Shown: piece after piece, positions 8,490 through 17,621 of the stretch
Position numbering within the stretch: position 1 is the stretch's first letter
Layout of the letters: every line of letters starts with the position of its first letter
From: Candidatus Phoenicimicrobium oleiphilum
GTDB taxonomy: Bacteria > Atribacterota > Phoenicimicrobiia > Phoenicimicrobiales > Phoenicimicrobiaceae
NCBI GenBank assembly: GCA_039638295.1
Contig: JBDIWJ010000014.1
Coordinates: 1 to 36,482, forward strand
Direction: 5' to 3'
DNA: 36,482 nt
Translations under genes and position numbers: made by a program
Notes under the pieces: generated by a model
The model's database searches: none
Seen by the model: only the letters and a program-made list of their open reading frames with translations
Told to the model about the DNA's origin: nothing

Positions 8490-9581
8490 ATGAAAGAGGA
8501 TTATCTTGTTCTGGAAAATCTTACTAAGGTTTTTGGTAGCGGAAAAAATACAGTTACCGCGGTAGATAACGTTAACCTTCGGGTAAGAAAAGGAGAATTA
8601 GTTACCCTACTGGGACCATCCGGTTGTGGTAAGACTACTACCCTAAGGATGATTGCGGGTTTTGAGTTTCCTACATCTGGTAAAATATTTATTGAAGATA
8701 AAGAGATAAGTACGGTACCGCCTAGTCAGCGTCCTACTACTATGGTATTTCAGAATTATGCTTTATTTCCGCATATGACTGTATTTGAAAATATTGCTTA
8801 TGGACTGAGAATACGACGAGAAGCAGAAAAAAACATTCGAGAAAAAACAGAGAAAATTATAAATCTTGTAGGCCTAAAGGGATTAAGTGAACGTTCTCCT
8901 GCCCACCTTTCAGGGGGGCAACAACAAAGAGTCAGTCTCGCTCGTTCTTTAATAATGGAGCCAAAAGTACTTTTACTTGATGAACCTCTATCCAATCTTG
9001 ATGCTAAACTACGAGTATCTACTCGGTTAGAGATTCGCAAGTTACAACAGAGAGTCGGCATAACTTCTGTCTATGTTACCCATGACCAGGAAGAGGCTAT
9101 GACCCTTTCCGATAGAGTAGTAATTATGAATACGGGTAAGATTCAACAGATAGGTACTCCTCAGGAAATCTATGCTCATCCGGTTAATTATTTTGTGGCT
9201 GATTTTATTGGTAAAGCAAACTTTTTAGAAGGGCGAGTAGTGGGTATGATATCTAAGAATAAAGTTGAGGTAGATGTAAAGAACAAAAAATATGAGGTTT
9301 TTACTTTAAAAGATTCTTTTTCAGAAGGAGAGAAAATATTTTTACTTATTCGACCAGAATCTATAGAATTGGAGAATAAAAAACCGAACGCGCTTACTGG
9401 TATAGTGCGTCAGCTAATTTACCTTGGTTCGCGTATGATATACGAAATCGAGGTAGATAAAGATCACCTTACTGTGGAGATTACTAATCCTCAGGAACAC
9501 AAAACATTTTCACCTGGAGAGGAAGTGTCTATAAATTTCAAGAAAAAAAGTTTACATATTATACCCTATGAGGAGATTTAA
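8490..9581 (+). CDS. ABC ATPase, AfuC/PotA family with TOBE domain
   Basis: GPSGCGKT, LSGGQQQR, LLLDEP, VTHDQEEA. Confidence 0.95.
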   Translation: MKEDYLVLENLTKVFGSGKNTVTAVDNVNLRVRKGELVTLLGPSGCGKTTTLRMIAGFEFPTSGKIFIEDKEISTVPPSQRPTTMVFQNYALFPHMTVFENIAYGLRIRREAEKNIREKTEKIINLVGLKGLSERSPAHLSGGQQQRVSLARSLIMEPKVLLLDEPLSNLDAKLRVSTRLEIRKLQQRVGITSVYVTHDQEEAMTLSDRVVIMNTGKIQQIGTPQEIYAHPVNYFVADFIGKANFLEGRVVGMISKNKVEVDVKNKKYEVFTLKDSFSEGEKIFLLIRPESIELENKKPNALTGIVRQLIYLGSRMIYEIEVDKDHLTVEITNPQEHKTFSPGEEVSINFKKKSLHIIPYEEI

Positions 9582-9598
9582 AGATAAAAATTAATAAT

Positions 9599-10489
9599 TT
9601 AATTTAAATTTTTATATTGGCTCTTAATAAGATTATTAACTTCTTGTATAGTTCGTTGAAAAGGACCTTCTGCTTCCATTTTTAAGCTGGTTACCGCTGC
9701 TGCCCATGTTGTTGCTTCATCAGGAAGAGCACTTAACCGCTTGGACATATATGCAGAAATACAGGTATCCCCACGGCCACTTCTCCCTATAATTTCTTTG
9801 GGGAAGAATTTTTCTTCATAAAAATTACCGTCAGTATAAACCAAAAGACCATCGCGGTGAGTGATTACTACTTCCCGAGGACCTAATTCAACTATTTTTT
9901 GGGCAGCTACTCGAATATTAGATGTACCAGTTAACATCTCTGCTTCTACCGCGTCGGTTTTTAGTACATCTAAGAGAGCAAGTATCGAGTGTTTTTCTGG
10001 CCATTCCTTAGGAACTAATTTTTCATTTTCGTTTATTCGGATAAAGCTTTGCACATCAGCAGCTAGAATAGCCTCTTTTTTAGCTAATTCTTCCATAACT
10101 TCCAAATTGACTTCGCCTCGCATAGAGGCACCGACAACAATTGCTCTGGCTTGTATATCTTTTACTTCCGTTGGCGTGAAGGGCCCAGCTGAGCTGGTTA
10201 CATATATGACCCGCTCATCCAGGTTGGAGGTAGGATACTCCAGGCGCAAACAAGTAGACTGGGGGGAGATATGGGCGAATACATCCACTCCTATGTCTTT
10301 TAATTTTTCAACCACATAAAAATCTTTTTTTGCTAGACGGGTAATTGCCGCTACTTTTAATCCCATCCTTGCAGCAACATTGGCTCCATAATTGAAAGCC
10401 CCACCATCTACAACTCTGATTCCTGAAGAAGATACAATCGTATCTTTGGTATAATGCCCTATAAAAGCAATATCGTATAACTTATCCAT
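9599..10489 (-). CDS. PfkB/ribokinase-family kinase, PPi-dependent myo-inositol-kinase-like (paralog 1)
   Basis: N-terminal GH..D..GGA, DVQSFIR, LKTD, GRSGRGDT, SLKME. GGAGA RBS on the minus strand. Confidence 0.85.
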   Translation of the reverse strand: MDKLYDIAFIGHYTKDTIVSSSGIRVVDGGAFNYGANVAARMGLKVAAITRLAKKDFYVVEKLKDIGVDVFAHISPQSTCLRLEYPTSNLDERVIYVTSSAGPFTPTEVKDIQARAIVVGASMRGEVNLEVMEELAKKEAILAADVQSFIRINENEKLVPKEWPEKHSILALLDVLKTDAVEAEMLTGTSNIRVAAQKIVELGPREVVITHRDGLLVYTDGNFYEEKFFPKEIIGRSGRGDTCISAYMSKRLSALPDEATTWAAAVTSLKMEAEGPFQRTIQEVNNLIKSQYKNLN

Positions 10490-10514
10490 CTTATTATCTC
10501 CAATATATCTATTA

Positions 10515-10605
10515 CAAGATTGTCAGAGGAGTGAACTCCCTGAAACCCCTCTATTTCTTTTTTATTTTATTTCGGTTTTATATAAAACTTTTTCTGACAA
10601 TCTTG
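10515..10605. mobile_element. MITE (91 bp) with 13-bp terminal inverted repeats and TTA target duplication
   Basis: tta|CAAGATTGTCAGA...TCTGACAATCTTG|tta. Perfect TIRs, no coding capacity. Confidence 0.72.
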
Positions 10606-10724
10606 TTAGAATCCATTACTTTTATTTTAAAATTGTGCCCGTGAAACATATACCCGTGAAAACGAGTAATGGGTATAAGAATTCATTTTAGAGCATCAGA
10701 ATTTCTTTAAAATTCCGGTTCTCT

Positions 10725-10754
10725 AATATATCATTTATTTTTTTATCTTGTCAA
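10725..10754 (-). promoter_or_regulatory. Putative sigma70 promoter for kinase paralog 1
   Basis: Minus strand TTGACA-N18-TATATT with a TGn extension. Confidence 0.5.
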
Positions 10755-10763
10755 ATATTATAA

Positions 10764-10924
10764 TGAAACCCAAAAAGTAGACAAAATGGCAAGGTAGAGG
10801 GGTACAATGTATCATTAAGGTAGGGGCACAATGAATTGTGCCCTTGCTCTAATTGCTTAATTTCTCCTGTGGGCACGATACATCGTGCCCCTACCGTACA
10901 ATTTTATCTGCTTTTTGGGTTTCA
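10764..10924. repeat. REPIN-like element: long inverted arms enclosing GTAG-REP units
   Basis: Arms TGAAACCCAAAAAGTAGACAAAATGG / revcomp TGAAACCCAAAAAGCAGATAAAATTG. Inner REP doublet at 10820-10844 (+) and 10871-10894 (-). Confidence 0.85.
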
Positions 10925-11007
10925 ATCATATATGTAAAAGCACATCATTTTAATGCTTATTATTAAAAGTTGAAAATAGACAATTACTACAAAATTTTAA
11001 ATTAAAT

Positions 11008-11036
11008 TTCACTCTAAACGCAAAAAACGATATAAT
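11008..11036 (+). promoter_or_regulatory. Putative sigma70 promoter, leaderless geometry
   Basis: TTCACT-N17-TATAAT ending 6 nt before ATG 11043. No SD sequence. Confidence 0.5.
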
Positions 11037-11042
11037 AATGTT

Positions 11043-12016
11043 ATGAAAGAAAAAATTAAGGAAAATATTTTAGAAAAAGTTATATCTAAATTTAAATTAC
11101 CTCTTAATATTAATATAAAAAGAGTTGGGATAGATATTGGTTCTGATAACTTAAAAGCAGTGGTGATAGATGTGAAAGGTATCACCACTTATTTAAAAAA
11201 GATAAATAGAAGACCAATTTATGCTTTAAAAGAAATATTAGATGAAATTATCACAAAACACGGTAATGAAGCTTATCTTGGTATAACTGGCGTTAATTCA
11301 ATTTATTTATCAGATGTTCTAAATGAAAAACAAATAATAAGCGAATCAATTACAATTAAAGAGGGCATTGCCTTTCTTGATTCAGACATTAAGGAAAATG
11401 GAGAATTTGCAGTAATTGATATTGGAGCCTCCAATCAGAGGTATTATGAATTTGTAAAAGATAAAAATAGTGGGAGATTAATCTTAGAACATATGCGGTT
11501 TTATCAGAGCAATCAATAATAAAGTATGAGCAAAACAATGTATCTTTAGAGGATTTATGTGCTGCCCTTACCTTAGCAACTGCCAGAAACTATTTAGCAA
11601 AGGTAGTTAGTGGCAGAGAAATAAAAGAAAAGGTTGTTTTTCAGGGTGCAACTGCCTTTAATCTTGGACAGGTTGCTGCTCTTGAAACTGTTATTGGAAG
11701 AGGAATAGTTGTACCTCCCTGGCCGCGTATAACTGGAGCAATAGGTGCAGCAAAATATGCATATGATACCTCTAATTTAGGCAGTTTTAGGGGGTTCAAA
11801 AAAATATCAAATCTAAAATACAATGTAGAACCTTATAAATGTATAAATAAAAGGTGTGGAAATGACTGCAATATAACAATGGCTAAAATTGGAGATGAAG
11901 AGTTTTATATAGGCGACAGATGCCAGAGATATAGTGCAAAAAAGGATGAGAAAAAAATAAAACCACCAAATTTATTCAAAGAAAGGCAGAAAATAATGGA
12001 GGATGCCTGCAAATGA
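11043..12016 (+). pseudogene. Acyl-CoA dehydratase activase (BadF/BadG/BcrA/BcrD ASKHA ATPase), internally deleted and frameshifted
   Basis: N-part (GIDIGS, ITG, IDIGA) in frame 3 to about 11492. Frame 2 then reads AVLSEQS...ARNYL...VFQGATAFN...TGAIGAA...CINKRCGNDC...GDRCQRY...PNLF to TGA at 12016. Confidence 0.85.
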
Positions 12017-14330
12017 AAGTTGGAATTCCCAGGGGTTTATTATTTAATGATTTTTCTCCGTTATTTATTCCTTTTTTTAAGTATTTGGGAATGAAAACTG
12101 TTGTTTCAGATGAAACTACTAGGAAGATAATAAATCGTGATCTGGAGATAGTGCCAGCAGAATATTGTTTTCCCACAAAGGTTGCCTATGGTCATGTTGA
12201 AAATCTACTAAAAAAATTAGAAGAAGATGATTTTATTTTTATTCCCCATATTGCCAATACCGGAGAACCAACTGGTAACTATAAATATTCTGTTACCTGT
12301 CCCTGGACACAGTCTGCACCAGACATTATGAAGTCTGCTCCAAAGCTCATTGAAGAAGGCCTTAATGTAGAAAAGCTTATTTCTCCTTCGCTGTTTTTTG
12401 ATTGGGGATTAAAACATATTGAGGATCAGATGAAGAAAGCTGTAGCAAAGATGGGTTATAGCACGAAAAATGTGAGGGCTGCGCTTCAGGAGGGATTAAT
12501 AAATAAAAAAAAGTTCGATAAAAAGATTGAGGAAAAAACAAAAGAAGTATTTGATTCTATTAAAAGATATAAAAATAACGAACCTGCCTTTTTGGTGATG
12601 GCAAGACCATACACAGCTTATGATGCAAATGTTAACAATGATATTGTCAATAAAATTTTAGATGCCGGTTATCTGGCAATACCTCTTGAGCTTGCTCCCA
12701 TAGGAACAATAGATATTTCCACAGAAATACCAAAAATGTACTGGATACAGGGCCAAAAAAAGTTGGCTGCAATAGAATTATTAAATAAAAACAAAAACTT
12801 GTTTGGAATTGATGTAACCTATTTTGCTTGCGGTCCTGATACCCAGATAAACCAGCAAATGAGATGCAGAACACAAAAGCCATTTTTAACCGTGGAAATG
12901 GATGAACATACTGGAGATGCTGGAATTGATACTAGATTACAGGCATTTTTCAATACAGTTAAATCTTATTTGAGGATAGGAGCAAAGCACTCCAACAAGG
13001 TTTTCAGTGTCAAACTAAAAGATCTTGATAAAATTAAAGATAAAAAAATTCTTACTTTTCCTCCAATGTCAAACCATAATTATGCAGTATCTGCTGTTTT
13101 TAATGCTTATAGAATTCAATCAAGAGTTTTAGAGGTAAGTCCTGATGAAACTATGGAAAAAGCGAGAAGCTATACATATGGTTTAGTTTGCACTCCCTTT
13201 CTATATACCACCGAGGCTATGCTTAATTTTATAGAAAAACCAGAGTTTGACCAGGAGAAATTTGTTTTTTTCAAGCAACAACTGATTGTGGCCCATGTAG
13301 ACTAGGGCAGTATGCAAGCCTTGAATCTCTTTTATTCCAGAAAAAGGGAATAGATGTTGATATAATAATCGGGGGTGAACTAGGGAGTGAATTCAATCTT
13401 GGCATACCCTTACTAATCAAGGCCTGGTCTGGTATTACCGCAGTTGACCAGCTTGAAAAAATGAGAATGCACACCAGACCCTATGAGGTTAATAAAGGAA
13501 CCTCAGATGAGATTTATGAGAAATATTTGAAAAGACTTCTTGATTATTTAGCAGATCCAAAAACTAATCTTGGAAAAATGCAAACCTATTTAACTATTGG
13601 GAAGGTATTTTTATATAATTTATTTAACGGAGAATTATCTCCTGTTGAGGGAATCTTAAGAAAAGCTCAAGAGGAATTTTCTCAGGTCAAAAGAACTAAT
13701 GAAGAAAAACCAAAGATAGGCCTAGTTGGCGAGTGGTATGTAAGACTTCATGAGCCAGCTAATCAAAGAATTATAAGAAAGCTTGAGAAAAAGGGAGTAG
13801 AGGTTTGGTTAGCCCCACTAACAGAATAACTTATTTATTCTTATTATCTTAATTCTGTTTTTGCCAGAGAAAAATTTAGATTAAACAGAAAAAAAGAGGA
13901 TTTAAGGGAATGGTTTTTAAAATCAATCTTATACAGAGTTATGATTGGTTATGAGCACAAGTTGTTTAAGGCAACTTTACCGTATATGCGAGGTTTTGAT
14001 GATATACCTGCCCAAAAAATAGTCTTAAATGGAGAGAAATATATTAGGCATTATATTGGCGGAGAGGCCATAGTAAGTATGGGGAAGGCAGTTGATTATG
14101 TAAAAAGGGGTTTGGATGGCATTATCAGTGTTATTCCATTTAACTGCATGCCCGGATTGACTGTAGCTGGTTTTATTCCTAAATTCAGAAAAGATAATAA
14201 CAACATACCCTTTGTGTCAATAGAATATGATGGTTTTCAGGACAGTACAAGAGAAATGAGAATCGATACCTTCATTGCACAAGTAAAAGAGAGGTGGAAG
14301 ATAGGGCTCAGGTCTTCACATTTGACATAA
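12013..14330 (+). pseudogene. CoA-enzyme activase-associated protein (DUF2229 / 2-hydroxyacyl-CoA dehydratase-like domains), frameshift plus nonsense codon
   Basis: VGIPR, CFPTK, TCPW, FACGPD, DEH..AG..TRL. Shift at the T7 run 13265-13271 into QATTDCGPCRLGQY. In-frame TAA at 13827-13829. The frame continues to GGEA...PFNCMP and ends at 14330. Confidence 0.88.
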
Positions 14331-14384
14331 CTTACCCTAAAAATAGCCTGAAATATTATGTCAAATGTTGAGATCTAAACCTAT
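14301..14384. repeat. Imperfect ~30-bp inverted repeat overlapping the activase-locus stop codon
   Basis: ATAGGGCTCAGGTCTTCACATTTGACATAA / TTATGTCAAATGTTGAGATCTAAACCTAT. The core ACATTTGACATAA is perfect. Confidence 0.75.
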
Positions 14385-14573
14385 ACACACATATTTGTAT
14401 TTACATTGAGGTTATTATAAAATGATATTAGATTTAAATTAATATTACTTATAAATTTAAGGAGCACTTTTTCTAAAAAGAAGTTTCAGGATTTTAACAA
14501 AAATACTAAATAATCTTATTAAGAAAAAATAATTGATATATCCAACACGCGATAAGGAGATTGATAAATAAAA

Positions 14574-14856
14574 ATGGAAGTCAAGCTGGAAAACTTAAGT
14601 AAACACTTCGGAAAAGTAAAAGCGGTAAATAATTTTTCTTTTCATATAAATGATGGTGAATTTGTAGCTTTACTTGGCCCTTCGGGATGTGGAAAAACCA
14701 CCACCCTGCTTATGATAGCTGGAATTTATAAGCCCACTACGGGAAATATCTATTTCGGGAACAATGTTGTAAATGAAGTTCCCCCCAAAGATAGAAATAT
14801 CGGTATGGTCTTTCAAAGTTATGCCCTTTATCCTCATATGACTGTATTAGATAATA
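14574..14856 (+). pseudogene. MalK/MsmX-type sugar ABC ATPase, 3'-truncated
   Basis: GPSGCGKTT and VFQSYALYPHMTVLDN, then similarity ends. No signature motif or Walker B. AAGGAG RBS. Confidence 0.9.
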
Positions 14857-15621
14857 ATGGTAGATGCTGGAGTAGTGGAAAAAGGAAAAGGTATCTGGCA
14901 TCGACCTACCCCGGGTACTGACTGGTTCCAGCTTATTTTCTCTTATGGTGGAGAGATCTCGGATTCGGAGACTGGTAAACTGGTAGTAGACAAAAGTGCT
15001 ACTATGAAAGTTTTACAATATATTAAGAAATTAGTTGATTTAGGGGTAACCCCGGGGGCTATGTCCCAGATAGCCTGGAGAGATATTCATACTGCCTGGA
15101 CAAAAGGAGAAGTTGGAATATTTCTTACCGGTGGTTCCTGGAATTGGGCTGAGTGGCAAAGAGACCCTTATAATGTTTCCGAGGAAGATGAATGGAAAAA
15201 CATCGGTTGGTTCCCGATACCGGCTGCAGTTAAAGGAGGAAAACCAGTATCAGTATCTCATCCTATAGTACACCTAATTACCCAAGTTTCGCCACATAAA
15301 GATTTAGCTTTCTTAATAGTTACTTTAGCCTCTGACATTGACTTGAATACTAAACATGCTTTAGGAAGCGGGCATCTAGCAATCAGAGAATCCCAGTTAG
15401 CCTTTAAACCATATGCAGAAGCAAAATATGTAAAAGAAATTACTAAAGTATTAGAATACACTAATTTTTCTCCGAATCATGCTAAAGCACCATTTTATTG
15501 GGAAACTTTATTCGAAGCAATTGCCGGCGTAGAAACTGGAGAAGTTAGCCCTGAAGATGCCCTAAATTTCTGGGTTGATAGGATGAAATCAGAATTAGGT
15601 GAGCAAGTAATTGTGAAGTAG
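14857..15621 (+). pseudogene. CUT1 sugar(-phosphate) ABC binding protein, C-terminal fragment only
   Basis: 254 aa of binding-protein C-half (HRP..G.DWFQLIFSYGG, GKLVVD, PVSVSHP, SPEDA). No signal peptide, no RBS, in-frame TAG at 14848. Confidence 0.85.
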
Positions 15622-15638
15622 TAAGATTAATAAATAAC

Positions 15639-15681
15639 TATAGAGAGGCCTTATTTAAATTCATTCGATGGCCTCTCTATA
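15639..15681 (+). terminator. Stem-loop after the binding-protein gene
   Basis: TATAGAGAGGCC / GGCCTCTCTATA, a perfect 12-bp stem with a T-rich tail. Confidence 0.75.
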
Positions 15682-15714
15682 TATCTTTTTATAATTAAAA
15701 CAAGGAGAAAACTA

Positions 15715-16611
15715 TTGGGAAGAAGTGCATATTTAAAGATTTTTTTATTCCTATTACCAGCTATATTATTTACTGTAATCTTCTTTATTACTCCCGCTGT
15801 TATGACTACTATTATGGGTTTTACTAATATGGACTATCGTTTTCAGTGGAACTTTGTTGGTCTTTATAATTACTTTAAGATGCTTATTGATCCCCTGGCA
15901 CCAAAAATAATATTAACTAACTTTGTTTATACTTTTGGAACATTATTAATTTTTAATGTTACTTTTGGTTTGATTTTAGCTATATTGACTACCAGTATAA
16001 GAGAAAAAAATGGTATATTTTTCAGGACTATCTGGCTTTTACCTCGATTTACTCCCCCTGTAGTTTATGGTGTTATCTGGCTTTGGATTTTATCTCCTAT
16101 GAAAGAGGGTTTACTAAATTCGTTCTTAAGATATGATTATATGCCCTGGATTTCGAAGTTCCCTTGGCAAGTAATTATTATAACTAATGGTATTATTGGA
16201 GCTTCAATGGGGATGGTAATTTTTGCCTCGGCCATAAAGTCGATTTCTAAAGATTACTTATGGGCTGCTAGAGTTGATGGGGCAACCTGGTTACAAGAGA
16301 TAGGCTATATAGTTTTACCTATGATCCGTTGGCCTTTAGCTTTTATAACTGCTTATCAAACTCTATCTCTATTAACTTCCTATGAATATATATTATTAAT
16401 TACAGAAGGTGGTCCGTATTTCAAATCAACCGTTTGGTCTTTATATTCTTATAAAGTAGCTTTTAGTTCTTATGCTGGAACTTACGAATTTGGTTATGGA
16501 GCAGCTCTGGCAACAATATTAGTTATTGTGGGCATTATTGCTTCTATATTTTATTGGCGAATATTTAAATTTAAAGAAATGATGGAAGAACCTAAAATTG
16601 AAATTGTTTGA
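15715..16611 (+). CDS. CUT1 ABC permease (MalF/UgpA-like)
   Basis: TTG start with AAGGAG. Hydrophobic, with an AARVDGA loop and GYGAA. Confidence 0.92.
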   Translation: MGRSAYLKIFLFLLPAILFTVIFFITPAVMTTIMGFTNMDYRFQWNFVGLYNYFKMLIDPLAPKIILTNFVYTFGTLLIFNVTFGLILAILTTSIREKNGIFFRTIWLLPRFTPPVVYGVIWLWILSPMKEGLLNSFLRYDYMPWISKFPWQVIIITNGIIGASMGMVIFASAIKSISKDYLWAARVDGATWLQEIGYIVLPMIRWPLAFITAYQTLSLLTSYEYILLITEGGPYFKSTVWSLYSYKVAFSSYAGTYEFGYGAALATILVIVGIIASIFYWRIFKFKEMMEEPKIEIV

Positions 16612-16627
16612 TGGTGGAGAATAAATT

Positions 16628-17515
16628 ATGTTTAAAAAATCCAATAATAAAATTATAAAAAATAGAAGTGGGGGGAAAATTAATTTGCGAGAGGTTGGGA
16701 TTATTATCTTTTTAACTATAATTTCGATTGGGATTGTGATGGGCTACCTCTGGCTTTTTGCAGGTTCATTTAGTGGAGAATTAGTATATGGAATTGTTCC
16801 TAAAAATTTTTCTCTAAAAAATTGGCGTTTCCTCTGGGAAAATCCTTTTCCTGAAAATCCTGACTGGCCAAACATCTGGCCGATTTTATTTAACACCCTT
16901 TATCTTGGTTCAGGAGTAACCCTAATAGTAGTAACAGTCTCTACCTTGGGTGGTTATGTAATCTCTCGAATGAAATTTCCTGGTAGGTCATTTTTGTTGG
17001 CTTCTACCCTTGTTCTCCATGCTTTTCCAGCGATTACCCTTTTAATTGCCTTATATTATATTTTAAAAACTCTCAATTTACTGGATACGATAACTGGAGT
17101 TGTTTTAGCTAAAGCCGGTTTCTTTACCCCTTTTGGAATCTGGGTAATGAAGGGATTTTTTGATGGAATATCCTGGGATATGGAGATGTCTGCTTTAATT
17201 GATGGGGCTACTCGTTTTCAAGCTTGGCATAAAGTGATGTTACCAATAGTTAAACCAGGAATTGCTGCAATTTCCATCTTCTCTTTTTTGATGGGCTGGT
17301 CAGAATATATCTTTGTGATTACTTTCAATAGAAGTTACTCCAGTTGGACCTTGACTTCATATATAAGTGCTATTGTCTCAGATTACAGGTTTAGTGATTA
17401 TGGTCTTTTAGCAGCAGTATCTTTATTTTATATGATTCCGGTAATACTATTTTTCATATTTACTCAGAAATATTTAATGGAAATTACTTTAGGAGGTATA
17501 AAGGGAGGAAGATAA
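16628..17515 (+). CDS. CUT1 ABC permease (MalG/UgpE-like)
   Basis: SRMKFPGR, EMSALIDGA, FTQKY...GGIKG. Confidence 0.92.
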   Translation: MFKKSNNKIIKNRSGGKINLREVGIIIFLTIISIGIVMGYLWLFAGSFSGELVYGIVPKNFSLKNWRFLWENPFPENPDWPNIWPILFNTLYLGSGVTLIVVTVSTLGGYVISRMKFPGRSFLLASTLVLHAFPAITLLIALYYILKTLNLLDTITGVVLAKAGFFTPFGIWVMKGFFDGISWDMEMSALIDGATRFQAWHKVMLPIVKPGIAAISIFSFLMGWSEYIFVITFNRSYSSWTLTSYISAIVSDYRFSDYGLLAAVSLFYMIPVILFFIFTQKYLMEITLGGIKGGR

Positions 17516-17621
17516 GAGGTTTTAAAAAATTTGAAAAGATATTTTATGTGGAAACCTTGTATATGAAGTTAATTGTGTTATAATATCATTTGAACAAAAA
17601 ACATTTTTATTATGTAAAGTT

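Noticed and set aside
10764..10924. REP units as a mini CRISPR array
   Set aside because: Units are inverted rather than direct, there are no regular spacers, and no cas genes are present.
13265..13271. Programmed frameshift or phase variation at the T7 run
   Set aside because: The run is short and the same locus has an independent nonsense codon and deletion, so decay is the simpler explanation.
13827..13829. Stop-codon recoding (Sec/Pyl)
   Set aside because: The codon is TAA, not TGA or TAG, and TAA ends many genes here.
14574..15621. A genuine ATPase-binding-protein fusion or two small functional genes
   Set aside because: The parts are out of frame, the ATPase lacks its signature and Walker B motifs, and the binding protein lacks a signal peptide and RBS.
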